Part shown: one piece after another, positions 1 to 14,230 of the stretch | Numbering within the stretch: the stretch's first letter is position 1 | Layout: every line of letters starts with the position of its first letter | Assembly: GCF_009914755.1 (NCBI RefSeq) | Contig: NC_060931.1 | Reading direction: 5' to 3' (one strand) | Source of the DNA: the human T2T-CHM13v2.0 reference genome, Homo sapiens | DNA: 64,000 nt | The notes under the pieces: generated by a model | Seen by the model: the letters and a program-made list of their open reading frames with translations, nothing else | Told to the model about the DNA's origin: nothing | The model's database searches: none | Made by a program: the position numbers and the translations under genes

Positions 1-1888
1 AAAAGGGGCATTAAACCAAGGAGAAGGGAGGAGCTGGGGCGCCCAGAGAAGACACACGGGAAGGGATGAGCAAGTTTAAAGGTCTCGCAGCCTCCATAGG
101 GGGCACGTCCTTCCTGAGACACGACCTGATCAGCTGGATGGAATTCTCCCTTAACACCCTCCCACCAGCCCGCACTGCCTGTCCACCAGCCTCACGGGTC
201 CTACAGGGGCTGCATCCCATCACCTCCCACATCTCTGTCCCACCGGACTCGGGCGAACCTTATGTGTGCACACAATAAGAGGAACCCTGGACCAGCCCTA
301 CTCCCAGCGATCAGGTGATCTGCAGGTACCTTTGAGGACTGGGCACATGACTTAGCAAAGGAACTTCAGATGCTTTATGTGAAAGCTGCCTCAAAGACGG
401 TGCCACTCCTGCAAACTGTGAGTCTCTCTACTACATGCAAGGCAGTTCTCGAAGGCCTGGGAAGGATAGTCAGGGTGACCCACAGGTTCTGTTTTCAGCA
501 ACAGGCTCTGCCCCAATAAAACAAAACTAAGAGGGATACTAGAATGCCTCCGAGGGACCAGGCACTGCAGACTGAGATCCTCAGCTTTATTCGAATGTAC
601 TTGTTTGTTCCTGAGAATTACGTGCTGGCCAGCACCCCAGGGCGAGCTCTACTCTGGGGTTCTTGAGACTCAAGTGGAGTGCTCACTTGGGCATTGCGGA
701 GAAGGAATTAAAAACAAACACAAAACACAAACCCTCCACAACCTCAGCGACACTGGGACTTCACAGTAACCCAATCTCATGCTCCTCTGGAAAAATCAAA
801 TTCCAGTGAGCTGCTCACACCATCCCTCTGCCAGGTGACACATGGAGACCTGACCTCTGACGCCCATCGCACACTTGGTTGGCCCTGAAGCATCAGAAAA
901 GTTTACTTTCATTCCAAATGATGGAATTCTCACTTGCCTGGCTTTCAGGATTTTTTGTAAACTTGTTCATTTGCTCTTTCTCTACATGTGTGCATATATA
1001 AGTGCATGGCCTGTAAGAAGTGCTCAGAAAGTGGCAAATGCCTCAATCTAGGCAGAGCCATAAATACCTGCACACATAACACACATATGTACCATATAAC
1101 ATGTCTACATATGTGTGTCACTAAAATGTGATAGAATTTAAACAGACAACAAGGTGGTTCCTGGCCTAAGTAGGACAGCCTGGCCAATGCCTATCTGTTG
1201 AGGAGGTACACTAATCTGGGGGGCACCTTGGTAATGCCCTCAAAGGCTCTGATGGGGCAGGCCCGGGCCAGTAACAAATGTCAAGAAGCAGACTACATAT
1301 TCCTTCTTCAGCCCTCTCAGTGACTCAAGACATCTGACCCTTCTGCAAGTCTCACAATCCCAGACCCTCCCAAGTGTGTCAAAAAGAATGGGTGCATTTT
1401 GGCCAGGAATCACAGCCTGAAGGGACAGTGGTAACAGGTGCTTCAGAGAAAATGCCCAGGCATTTTACCTCTTGACGCCCAGTGCTCTTGGGACACCACT
1501 GTGAGGCAGGCTGCTGTCTAGAGGGGATGGAACTGTGGGGAGGTGGATTACAAGGTGAGGGCCTTCGGAGGAAAGTAAAAATGCAAGGGATACCAGGTAA
1601 ATGCTTCCAGCAGGGAAACATCCTTGCACATTTTATATGCTGGGGCTTCATAAGCATTTTCTTCCAAGCCATTCCCAGTTCTAAGAGGCATCCTGCTGGG
1701 CTGAACTGCCTTTTCCTGTTCAAAGCAGCGAGGAGGAGACAAGCCCAGGCTCAGGCCCGAGCTGTGGATTCCGGATTCCACACCAGCCACAGGCTGCTTC
1801 AGAAGGGACCCCAGCCCGAGAGCTGCCCCAGGGCCAGGACCGCCTCCCTTCCTCAATCCCGGGATGGAGCACAATTCTCATAGACAAT

Positions 1889-2125
1889 GGGGCTCAGAAA
1901 ATGCTTGAATAAGGAAGTGCATTTTGAATTTAAAAAATGAAATTTTAAGACAAATTTTTGTTACACTACCGTATTCACAGGCTGAAATTTTCATTTTTAA
2001 GAGACTTCCCCCAACACCATGCATGGCACACATATTCTTATTTTACTTAGATTTAAAAGATGCTTTCAGAGGTTATGCAAACTGTTCAAGATCACAGAGC
2101 TACAGACGGGCAGGACCAGAGCCAC
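1889..2125 (+). repeat. Copy 1 of a diverged ~235-bp local direct duplication
   Basis: Aligns by eye to 3076-3309 (shared aaattttaagacaaatttttgttacacta and cagaggttatgcaaactgttcaagatca). Confidence 0.9.
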
Positions 2126-3075
2126 ATCTGTCACCAAGCCCCAGGGCCAGCATCAAATCCTGTTAGCAGCACTTCAGAATAACTTCTACATGCTGAGGGT
2201 CAAGAACAGTCCACCAGGAGAGGAGGGGGTAATGGAATGAGCTGATAAATAAATTTAGAAAAGCAGATTCCTCTAAACCCAAAGTGAGCAAACGAGAACA
2301 TTCAGCATGGTAGAGAAGTCTGCAGGCTGACATGGGGACACTTCCAAGCTGGCCTGCTCCGCGGATGAGGTGTCAGCACAGAAAGCCAACACCTTTTTTT
2401 TTTTTAGCTTCATCACCCTCAAATGAATTCATGTTCTCATCTCAAAAGACCCCTAAAGGCACATTCACAGGCCAGCACTTTAGGCTGACCTCCACGAACC
2501 CAGCACTGATGTTTACTTTTAAATATAATTTAGAAGCAGTCAACTTTTCTTTTTCATGTTGTTCATCTGGGGCAGGGGTTGGAGGAGGCTGCGATGTTTG
2601 CTAATCCACACCAGTTTTTTGGGGTCACCATGCACCAGTGTGCATTCTTTGGCACTAATTGGAATGCAAAGTACATCACAGGCATGTATCCAGGCATGTC
2701 TATTCCTATGCACACTTACATATGCCTACGTACCTGAATATAAACCCATGGAGAAATCCATATAGGAATGCATGTGCTTTTGAGGCTCTAGAAAATCCAA
2801 AGTAAACAAGGGCCTCTATAAATGTCACACATATTCACATTCAGTACATGCCTTTGTCCCTATTATAAACATTCTCATTCAGAGCTCATAAAAATTCAAC
2901 AGAAAAGGGAGTCGAGTACAGGAAAGAAAGAAGAAGATTGGTAAAAGCATTGTATCTGTCAATTTTTGAAGGATGACAGCTTTTTCAATAAAAATAAAGC
3001 ATTGTGTCAAAATAATCTCTCTGTCTCTGTCTTCCTCTTGTCCTCTTCTCACGCTGTGTCTCTCTATCAGTCCCT

Positions 3076-3309
3076 GGGGCTCTGAAACTATTTCAATAAG
3101 AAAGTGCATTCTGAATTAAAAAACTAAATTTTAAGACAAATTTTTGTTACACTAGCATATTCATAGGCTGAAATCTTCATTTTTAAGACTGCCCCCAATA
3201 CCATGCATGGCACACACATTCTTATTTTGCTTAGATTTAAATGATGCTTCCAGAGGTTATGCAAACTGTTCAAGATCATAGAGCTACAGAGGGTAAGGAC
3301 CAGTGCCAC
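3076..3309 (+). repeat. Copy 2 of a diverged ~235-bp local direct duplication
   Basis: Aligns to 1889-2125 with scattered substitutions and small indels. Confidence 0.9.
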
Positions 3310-3892
3310 TGGTACTGCCCTTTTCTTCCTCCCTGTGGCAAACATCATGACCCTTTGAAACCTACCAAATCCAGGAAGTCCGCACAGCACCAACCAAACC
3401 CCTGTGTCCCCTCTTGTGAGCCAATGAGGACCACTTCACATGCTACCACTCCTGATCAGTCTCATGCACTGGCACTTGGATGGAGGCAATCCTCCCAGCC
3501 CTTCACAAAACCTCCAATCGACAGCAGAGAAGAGGCTGCATGCTTGGAAGCCAGGCCCCTAAAATGCCTACACCCTACTCTCCAGAAGAACTGAACACAA
3601 AATAGAAGTTGCAAAATATATAAAGGCATCCTCTTGAAGTAAACTAACATTAACTGCTAATCTTTTTCACTGAAGCCTAAAGTCCCCAAACCCCCTCTGA
3701 ATACCACTTGTAAAGCTGTTATAGGATAAGGATGCTCTGGAACTACCTAGGGGCGATGGTCTCATGACTCCGTAAATCTACTGAATGCTGGTGCAATGTT
3801 CACCTTCAAATAGATGCTTTTATGTTATGTGTTTATATTTTTAAAAAATTATGAAATAGTTTGGAAGCTGAGATGTATCAGAACCACGACTC

Positions 3893-4192
3893 TTTTTTTT
3901 TTTTTTTTTTTTGACAGAGTCTCACTCTGTTGTCAGGCTGCAGTACAGTGGTGCGATCTCGGCTCATGCAACCTCCGCCTCCTGGGTTCAAACAGTATTT
4001 AAATCCTGCCTCAGCCTCCCGAGTAGCTGGAACTACAGGCATGCGCCACCATGCCCAGCTAATTCTTGCATTTTTAGTAGAGACAGGGTTTCACCATGTT
4101 GGCCAGGATGGTCTCTATCTCTTGACCTCATGATCCGCCTGCCTTGGCCTCCTAAGGTGCTGGGATTACAGGCATGAGCCACTGCGCCTGGC
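3893..4192 (-). mobile_element. Alu SINE (AluS-like)
   Basis: Poly-T followed by reverse-complement Alu consensus. TSD agaaccacgact at 3880-3891 and 4194-4205. Confidence 0.95.
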
Positions 4193-5940
4193 GAGAACCA
4201 CGACTTTTTAAAGGAAACCTTTTCTCATGTCTTTATTATTCATTTGTTTTGAAAATATCATCAAGATTAAGGATCAGCTAAGAAACAGAATAATTTACAT
4301 CTTACATTTCATAATTTTATCTATTTTTGCTTATAGGGGAGACTTGAGATTAAACGACTCCCATTGTTACATTTTTACAAATATTTTTGTTTTCAAGAAA
4401 AGCATGTCCATTTGAGGCTCCCATGTGGAATTTCTGAGAAGCCTAAGGATACTGTCCTCCAACACATGGCTCCTGGGGCATAATGTGGCCATGTGGCAAT
4501 ACATTCAACAGACGGACGATGGCGAGGGCTGCCACTGACGCTCCCGCTTGAGGGCCCCAAATGGGTGAAGCCTGGTTGGGCCCGTCCTCATAAAGCTGGA
4601 GGCATTACATCAGTGCCTACAGCTGCTCTGCCATCTCCTGCTCCTGTCCCCAGTCCTTCATGCTAATCACAACCTCTTTTAAATGACAACACATCCCTAG
4701 GAGAATTAAACAGTATTTAAATTCATATTTAAATATGCATAATGTGAGCAGATATTGAAATACCCATCATTTTCCTGGAGTAGGTGCTGGCATTTAAAAC
4801 ATGAGCACACTGGGCACAAGCACATCTCTGGGAAAAGCAGGATTCCCAGGGCTCAGCCACCCAGGGCCAGATGCCCAGGGGCCTTCTCCGTCCCCCGACT
4901 CATGCTCTGAACCCAGACTTACAGTTGTCACTGGTCTCCCCAGCTCAGGGAACCGCCCTTCATATGGATGCTCTGTTCTCCTAACAGCATCAGTGTCCAC
5001 TATTTGCTGAGTGTTGATCAGGTCTGGGCCAGGAGCCAGAGCTACATGTTCTGGTCCAATCTTCTCAAGAACCATGTGCAGTAGGAATGACTACTGTTGT
5101 ACAGGACATGAAACTAGGGCTCAGAGAGGTCCCTAGAACTGCCTGAGCTCACCCAGATAGGAAGTCTCAGAGCCACTATATGTGTGCATCCAGCATTTGA
5201 CCAGAGAGAGAAGAAATGTCAGGAGAGGACCCACCAGACACCACTCTGCCGTGTCCTTTTAGGCCTCCCTATCTGCTGAGAGATGCTTCGGACAGCAGTT
5301 TCCAACAGCTGAGTGTTGTTATCACAGAGCTTACTTGAGCCTGGCAATGGGACTAGAATCCAAATGCTGAATGCGGAAAATCTTTCCAAATATTTGAATG
5401 TCAAAATGCAGAAAGATCTCTTTGGTCACTTCAGCCTCTATTCTTCATGACTAGTTAGCTAACACCAAGCAGAGTTAAAAAAAAAAAAAAAAAAGGCAGT
5501 GAATTTCTACTGTTTGGTGTGTCAGGGAAGCTTGGGGCCGATGGAGGGGTTGATTCATAACGTTTGCTAAATCCTGTGGTGTAAACAATCCCGCCCTGGC
5601 AGATCCCAAGCTGCCAATGTGCTGTCAGCTGGCTCACAAAATTCCTCACACTTCAGCAATCAGCTCTCGGTACCAGCAGGTTCTGGCAAGCCCCAGCTTT
5701 GGGCATTCATCCCCCTTGGCTTCTGTTAGTCACATTATTTGGAAAAGACTCCTTTAATTCACCCATCTATTAATAAATCTAGAGATGTTTTGGTTTGCTT
5801 TTTGTGTATTCTGTTTATTGTTTATTGAAGAATCGCTTGTTTGTGAGAAGGGTGGGTGAAGGATGCCTGTGGCAGAAGCTGGCCCCAGCTGGCTCCCAGG
5901 CCACTTGGCACGGAAGCCTTATGGCTAAACTAAGTGCCCA

Positions 5941-6063
5941 TAATACCCTGTTTTCCATGATGTGATTATTACACATTGCATGCCTGTATCAAAACATCTC
6001 ATGTACTCCATACACACCTATACTATGTACCCATAAAAATAAAAAATAGAAAATAAAAAATTA
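5941..6063 (+). mobile_element. Heavily 5'-truncated L1 3' end (L1MA/L1PB-type) with A-rich tail
   Basis: L1 3'-terminal motif tgatgtgattattacacattgcatgcctgtatcaaaacatctcatgtac. Perfect 15-bp TSD taaactaagtgccca at 5926-5940 and 6064-6078. Confidence 0.88.
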
Positions 6064-6163
6064 TAAACTAAGTGCCCAAAGGACCTGGAGAGAAACACAG
6101 AGAAGCGTGCGGGCTGCATTTGGTCACCCTATTGCGTTAGCCTGGATACAGATGGGTCTATCT

Positions 6164-6602
6164 TGTGACAGACTCTCCTTGACCAAACCTTAGCCAGGCT
6201 CCTCCAAGCCCTCTTCTCCACTAGGCCTCAACATTGGCCTTCCACGTCCAACCGTGGCAAGCTCAGTTCCAGCAAGAATCCTGCTTTTCATCCCCCACAC
6301 TTGATATCTAATCCCCCTTGACACGTCATCAAGCTCCTCATCCCTCGCCATTTGTGTCTAAGTCCCTGGCCTGTCTGTAGCAGAAACCGTGTTAGGCCAG
6401 TTTAGCAAGAACCCCCCTACCCTTGATGTCCCTTCTTAATGACTTTCCATCCACCAGATCCTTTTGCTCTATTCCTCGGTCATAAATCTCCAGCTGTCTT
6501 TGCTGCATTTGGGGCTGAGCCCAGCACTTTCTCCTGTTGCAATAATCCTGAATAAAATCTGTCCTTACAGCCTTTAACTAACTGGGCTATTTCTCTTGGA
6601 CA
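6164..6602 (+). mobile_element. Probable ERV1-class solo LTR (MER4-group-like; family not determined)
   Basis: TG...CA termini, ~440 bp, TATA-like cataaa near 6481, AATAAA at 6551-6556. The 5' sequence ctctccttgaccaaaccttagccaggctcc resembles ERV1 LTRs. Confidence 0.6.
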
Positions 6603-9240
6603 CCTATCCTGGTGGTTGTCTGGAAAAGAACTTAACACATGGGGCTTATGCTGACTAAGGAGGTATCAAGTTATGTTTTAGTAATGCGATCTGCAGAGGA
6701 ATTTTATGGAGATAGTGTTATACTAACTGCATACTAATTAACAAGAAGCCAGAACCTAATTTAAACAATAATGACAAAAGCAATACAATTAGAAAGAGCA
6801 GTCAGGCTCCAATTCCACTGTGTTAAGGTCAGCTGATTGCACCACCTGAATCCTACACAAATGTTCTGATTTCCTCCTATCTCTTCTGAAACCATTTGGT
6901 CTGTTCCAGCCCACTGTCCATCCCACCGTGTTCTTCATGCAGCAGCCACAGTGATGTGTGAAAATGCAAATCTGAGCAGTCACCTCCCCATCCTGAGGTT
7001 CAGTAATGACCTCACATTGCATGTGGATGCCACACCACCACCTTCTGGGAACTACAGAGAACGGCTCCTGGCCTGGCTCCACCTTCCCGACCTCTTACTC
7101 CACCACTCTTCTGCCAATCTCCTGTTGCCTTTTTGGCTACTCCATTCCCCTTCTACTCTTGCCCCTCCCAACCATTAGCAGACATGAATCTCTTCTCTGT
7201 GTCTACAATTTTGCCATGTAAAAAGTGTGACATATATGGAATCATACACTATACAGACTTCAGGTTTTGACTTTTCTCACTCAACCTAATGTTCTAGAGA
7301 CCCATCCGGGTTGTTGTGTGTATGAATAATTCACTTATTTTTATTGCTGAGAAGTGTTCCATGGTATTGAGGTACTACAATTTAACCACTGGCCTGTTGA
7401 AGGACATCTACAGTTTGGGGCTATTAAAGTAAAAAGAGTTCCTGTACAGGTTTTATGTGAACATAAGTCTATTTCTTTGGGATAAATGCCCAGGAATGCA
7501 ATCACTGAGTCACATGGCAGATGTAGGTTTTTCATTTTTAAGAAATTGCCAAAATTGTTTTCCACAGCAGCTGTACCATTTTAACAATCCCTCCAGCAAC
7601 GTATAAGGGGTCTAGTTTTTCCACATGCTCACCAGTATTGGATGTTGTCACTATTTTTTATTTTAGCCATTCTGATAGGTGTGATTTAAATTTATATTTT
7701 GCTAATGGCTAATGATGTTGAGCATCTTTTCACGTGCTCATAAGCCACCTCTACGTCCTCTTCAGTGACATGTCTCTTTTTTTCTTTGAACCATTTTCTA
7801 ATTTTTTTTCCTACTGAATAAAAATCCATTTATTTAATTTAGTCAGTGGCTTTTCTTTTTAATTTCAACTTTTATTTTAAATTCAGGGGATACTGAATTT
7901 GCTTAGGACAATGGCCTACAGCTGCATCCATGTTGTTGCAAAGGACATGATTTGGTTCTTTTTTTACGTCTGCGGAGTACTTCGATGGTGTATATGTCCC
8001 ACATTTTCTTTATCCAATTCACTGTTGATGGGCACCTAGGTTGAGTCCATGTCTTTGCTATTGTGAATTGTGCTGTGATAAACATACAAGTGCATGCGTC
8101 TTTTTGGTAGAATGATTTTTTTTCTTTTGGGTGTATATCCGGTAATGGGACTGCTGGGTCAAATGGCAGTTCTGTTTTCAGTTCTTTGAGAAATCTTTAA
8201 ACTACTTTCCACAGTGGCTTAACTAATTCACATTCCCTCCAACAGTGTATACATGTTCTTTTTCTCTGCAGCTTTGCCAGCATCTGTTGTTTTTCGACTT
8301 TTTAATAATAGTTTGGCTCATTTTCCAAGTGAATTGTTTGTTCTTTACTGCTGAGTATTGAGAGATTATATACATTCTAGATGATATTCCTTTTTTTGGA
8401 CATGTGGTTTGCAAACCTTTTCTCCTACTCTGCAGTTTGTCTTTTTTATCCTCTTCACAGGTTCTTTCCATAGCAAAAATGTTTAATTTTTATAAAGTCT
8501 AATTTGTCAACTTTTCCTTTTATGGTTCATGCTTTTGTCCTAACCTCATAACTCTTTGCCTAGTGATCCCAAAGATTTTCTCCCATTTTAAAAAATACTA
8601 TGTTTTACATTTTACATTTAAGTCCATCATCCATTTTAAGTTAATTTTTGTATAAAGTGTGAGCCTTTGGTGGCTGTTCATTGTTTTGCCTGTGGGTGCC
8701 CAGGTGCCCCCGCATCATTTGTTGAAAGGCTGACCTTCCCCGACTTGCTTCTGTACCTTTGTCAAAAAAATCAGCTGGGCATATCTGTGTAGGCCTGTTT
8801 CTGGGTTCTCTACTCTGTTTCATGAACCTAAGTGTCTGTTCCTCCATCCACACCACAGTCTTGATGACTGTAGCTATACAATAAGTCTTGAAATTAGGTA
8901 ACCTCATTCCTTCCACTTAATTCTTTCTCAAAGTTGTTTTGGCTATTCTGGTTCCTTAGCCTTTCCACATAAATTTTAGAATTATGTTGTCTATATCTAC
9001 AAAAAAATCTTGCTGAGATTTTGATAGGAATTGTGGTAAAACTGTCTGTCAATCTGGAAAGAAGTGACAGCTCTACTAGGTTGAGTTTTCCATCCATGAA
9101 AACAGTATGTCTCCCCACTTATTGAAATATTCTGTGGTTTCCTTCATCAGCATTGTGCAGTTTTCAGCACAGAAGTCTTGTGCATGGTTTGCTAGGTTTA
9201 CATCTAACCATTTAATTTTTTTGAGCTATTATAAGTGGCA

Positions 9241-9371
9241 TATATATATATATATATATATATATGTATACATATGCGATCATATGCCACCTCTATGTCC
9301 TTTTCATAAATATATGTATACATATGTGTATATGTGTGTATATATATACATACGAATATATGTGTGTGTGC

Positions 9372-9406
<35 letters not shown>
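9241..9406. repeat. (TA)n/(TG)-mixed microsatellite abutting an Alu tail
   Basis: Direct inspection. Confidence 0.9.
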
Positions 9407-9712
<306 letters not shown>

Positions 9713-9870
9713 TGTGACTTATATTTTTAATTTCAGCTTCTACAGGTGCATTGCTAGCGTACTGAAATAGAACTAGTTTTTGTGTGTCGAACTAGAATCC
9801 TGCAAAGTGGCTGAATTTGTTCTAACAGTTTCACTTTTTGTTGTTGTTTTGTTGTTCCCTGGGATTTTCT

Positions 9871-9872
9871 TT

Positions 9873-9903
<31 letters not shown>

Positions 9904-9978
9904 TTGAGACAGAGTCTCACACTGTCGCCCAGGCTGGAGTGCAGTGGTGCAATCTCAGCTCACTGCAAGCTCCGCCTC
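9871..9978 (-). mobile_element. 5'-truncated Alu (right-arm 3' end only)
   Basis: Poly-T plus Alu 3' end. Perfect 16-bp TSD ttccctgggattttct at 9855-9870 and 9979-9994. Confidence 0.92.
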
Positions 9979-12900
9979 TTCCCTGGGATTTTCTGTTTGG
10001 ACAATCATGTCAGCAGCAGACTCAAGATTCCCTGGGGCTTTCTACGTAGATGATCATGTCACCAGCAAAAAGGGACAGTTTTATTTCTTTCCTCTCATCT
10101 GTTGTCTTAATTTCCTTTTCTTGTATTATGTCTCTGTAGAACTTCCAGAACTATGTTGAAAAAGAGTGCTGTCAGCTGTGGGGCTTTTTAGATGCTTTTT
10201 GTAAGGTTGAAGGAGTACCTGTCTTCTATTTTGCTGGAAGTTTTGAGTCATGAATGATGTGAATTTTGCCAAACTCTTTTTATTCTTTTTTTGGATTGAC
10301 TGATATAGTCGTGAGCTTTTTCTTTAGCCTGTTAGTATAGTGTATTACATGAATGAATTTTCAAATACTAAACCAGCCTTGCATCTCAGAATATGTCCCA
10401 TTTGGCTACAGTGTGTCAATCTTTTTATATATTGCTGTGTTCTATTTGTTTATGTTTTGTTAAGGAGTTTTGTATCTGAATCTGCGAGGGATATTGGTCT
10501 GTAGTTTTCTTTTTCTGTTCTTTTTGCCTGGTTTTGGTATCAGGGTAATACTAGCTTCACAAAATGAATTAGGACATGATCCCCCCTCTTCTGTTTTCTG
10601 GAAGGTATTGCGTAGAATCAGTGTTAATTCTTCTTTACATGTTTGGTAGAATTATCCAGTGAAACCTGAAGATTTCTTTTTTGGGAGATTATAAATTACT
10701 AGGTCAATTTCCTTATAGTTACAGGGTATTCAAGTAGTCTATTTCCTATTGGGTGAGTTGTGACAGTTCATGCTCATTAAGGAACTGGTCTATTTAACCT
10801 AAGTTTTAAAAACTATGCGTGTAGAGTAGTTTGTGTATTCCTTCATTATTCTTTTGGTGTCTGCAGGGTCTTTAGTGATGGTGCCTGTTTCCTTCCTAAC
10901 AATAGTAATCTATGTCCTCCATTTTTTTGTTAGTCTTGCTAGAGGTTTGTCAATTTTATTGATCTTTTCAAAGAACCACTTCTTTCATTTATTTTCTCTA
11001 TTACTTCTCTGTATCTTTTTAAATTTCTGCTTAGATTTTTATTATCTCCTTCCTTCTGCTTGCCTTGGGTCTAGTTTGTTCTCCTTTTTCTAGGTTATGG
11101 AGGTAAGAGCATAAACTATTCATTTCAGAATTTTCTTCTTGCCCAAAATTTCCTCTCAGTGCGGCTGTATTAAAGCAGTGGATAAAGCCATGTCTCACAA
11201 TTTTTGATATTTTATCCTCATTTTCATTCAGTTCAGTATGTTTTTGGATTTCCCTCGAGACCTCTTCTTTGACCCATAGATTATTTATAAGTGTGCTGTT
11301 CAGTTTCCAAGTGTTGAAGGTGTTCCTGTTGCCCTTCTGTTACTGATTTCTAGTGAGTCCATTGTGGTTGGAGAACATGTTCTGCATGGTTCAGTTACTT
11401 TTAGTCCTCTGAAGATTGTTTCCTGGCCCATAGATATTATAAATAAGGCCTACCGGGTCCCTTGGCCCTGAAGTCCATGGCTAGCTGGCCTATTTCTCCC
11501 CATCTTTCAGAGCTTTCTTATATTTGTCTTATACTTACTGTCCAAGGTTTTAAGTTGTACTTAGCAGGAGAAATAGAGAAAAGTATGTCTAATTCACCCT
11601 CCGGGAAGTGAAGCCTCTCCCTAATGGTATTTTAAAGCAAATACTGTCATTTATATGCACATCAGTATCTAGGCCTAAATGATACGCAGTTAAGCATTAC
11701 TGCAGATGCCTAAAGCCTACTACTTCAAAACTGCACAGTGGCTGTGAATGGCAGGTACTATAGTCTGCATTTTTAGATAAGGAGGTGGAGGTTCATAGGG
11801 GTTACCTAAATGTACAAATTACATGGTTATTCCATGACTGTGAGACTTTCCATGTGCTTTTTAGTTGTGACATTAGGTCACTTCTAGGTTAGACAAGACA
11901 AAGTGAAACATCAGCCCTGTATAATCTGCCCATGGCTGTGGAGTCGGCTGATGGAGCTGAAACTCTGACTTTGCCACTTACTAGCTACTCAACTTCTTCG
12001 TGTCAATTTCCTTGCCTGTAAAATGGGGGTAACAGTAAGAGTGACCCATAGAATGTGACTGTGAAATGGAAGGAAATCATAAAGATCAGGGGACACATTC
12101 TGTATGGGCGAGCTACCTCTGTTATTACTGTGCCCTTGGAGGAGTCTCACAACTCCACTTGACTTTGCAGAGTGGGTGGGGCCTCCTGGCAAGGGCACTG
12201 GCTCACCACACTGTCTGATGAAAGCGTCCACTAAGTCAGCACTGTGTTATCTCTGTGCTCCTTGTGGGCTAATGTGAAGTTGACCCTCCCTGGGGACTGC
12301 TGAAATAAAAATCTAGAAGGCTCACATTAATATTGTTATCATGTCACCTTTTTATATTTAAAGGCAAAGCCCTGACTTCTTCTGTGTGAATATGTACATG
12401 CAGATAGTACTCAGGACAAGTTGAAGCCACTGGAATCTAACACATGCTGGTGTGCAGAGCCATCCTCATCCACACATAGTGCAGCGCTCATCCACGCACA
12501 GGACATGGAGCTCATCTCCAGGCTGGGACAATCGGGCCAGCATAAGACAGCCAGGCCACTGGGTACCCCACGCTGAGCACCCAGGCTTCCTGCAGCCTCC
12601 TAGACCCTTCTGGAGTTTAGACGGGGCTCCACATTCTCTTATGCTCAATACAGTGATCTTAGAGGCCTCCCTCAGGAGCTGTTAATGAGTTTGCAGGCTG
12701 TTTCTAGTATTTTATTTCCTCAGGCTTATTACCCACCTTCCACTGTTTGTCATCTACCTATTTCAAACAAACCCGGTTTTGGTGTTGCAGGAGAAGACAG
12801 GATTCCAGGCCAGAGGGCTAGATGCCAGCCCAAACCCACTGAACACTTTCAAGCTAGGAGCCAAGTACAGTCACCTCCATGAGGAGGAGGGGTTACATGG

Positions 12901-14061
12901 GGTGGAAGGGACATCCCTCTTTCTGCATCTATTGAAATGATAAAAAATATAGAACAGATGCATGGCTACCTATGTGTGAGTCCATCATGCTAATGCATAT
13001 TGGAACATACACACTTCTCATGTAATGCTCACATAATGTAGACATTAAAATGCAGCTTATTTTAAATTTCAGTAGCACTTACTGAGAAATACAGGCAGTA
13101 TAACTGCTATATGCTACATATGAAGAGAGCAATTTATGGTCCTGAAACCATAAAGGGAATTTTAGGAGAAGGATGTCTTTCTATTACATAGTCCACAGGC
13201 TTGGTTTACTATGGAGAAAGAGAGAGAATGGAGCTAGCTGTCATGATCACAACACTCCTGGGTAAGGGGTAGATGAAAATACAAGTTAATGAAAGTCTCA
13301 GTCTCAGGTAACGTGCCTAATAACCATTAACAGCAGCCTTCACTAGGGCAAAAAAGCAGCAGCGTAATGAACGAAACTCCCAGAGAAGAGTGATTTTGAA
13401 ATGTGCACGAGCTTTAGGTTTACATTCTCTCTCCACCTGCCTGAGCTCGGCCTTGTCCTGGACTCTCAGGCAAGTCCTCAAGTCCACCCAGAAGAAGTGC
13501 ACAGTAACTCGCCCTAAACACCGCCCACTAACACTCTCTCGCCTGAGCCAGCTATGCAGACAGACGGACGCGATCAGGCCATGGACAGAGCCCCTGAGTT
13601 CCTGCAGAGATCCAGGGACAGTGATTAGGCACCCACTAATAACAGACAGGAGGGGCCACAAGGTACGTGTGAGAAGGCAGCTGGGGTGGCAGAGCTAGGG
13701 GCGCCCGTGCGGCACAATCCCCACAGAGAACGTGAAGTGTGGGGTGGGCATTCTCGTTTCTTCAAAAGCACCAATGCTAAGCTGCCCGACAGTCACCACT
13801 GATGGTCCCATCAACTGCATATTACAGGAGGGTTCCCCACAGGATGCCAGGCAGCGATGCAAGGCCAGGTTGCCACCACACAGTGGATTTCACGGCCACA
13901 TCCCTACATCTTTCCCAGCAAGATCCATCCTCATCCAAGGCTTCTGAGATACGACACAAATGGAAACATTTCTGCATACGAGTTCTTCTCTGTAAAAATG
14001 GCGACCCCGCGATGCAGCGCCTGAGTGCCGCGCGCCTGTGACCCGCGGGTAGATTTCTTAC

Positions 14062-14145
14062 CACGTCCTCCTTTGTGCTGACTGGCTGGGCTGCTCAGCG
14101 GGGGCTCAGGTGGGCTGAACGGAGGATGGCGCAGCGCTGTTTTCA
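14062..14145 (-). CDS. TNS3: Tensin-3 coding exon (84 nt, phase 1/1): (V)KTALRHPPFSPPEPPLSSPASQHKGGR
   Basis: Acceptor ctttcttttccag|TG, donor CGTG|gtaaga. Follows an 85-nt intron (14146-14230) and overlaps ORF 13931..14146. Confidence 0.95.
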
Positions 14146-14230
14146 CTGGAAAAGAAAGCAGAGCAAGGGGCTGTTGTCACCCTCCTTGGGCATGGAGCAG
14201 CACATGCAGCTAGTGTTACTTCATTCTTAC

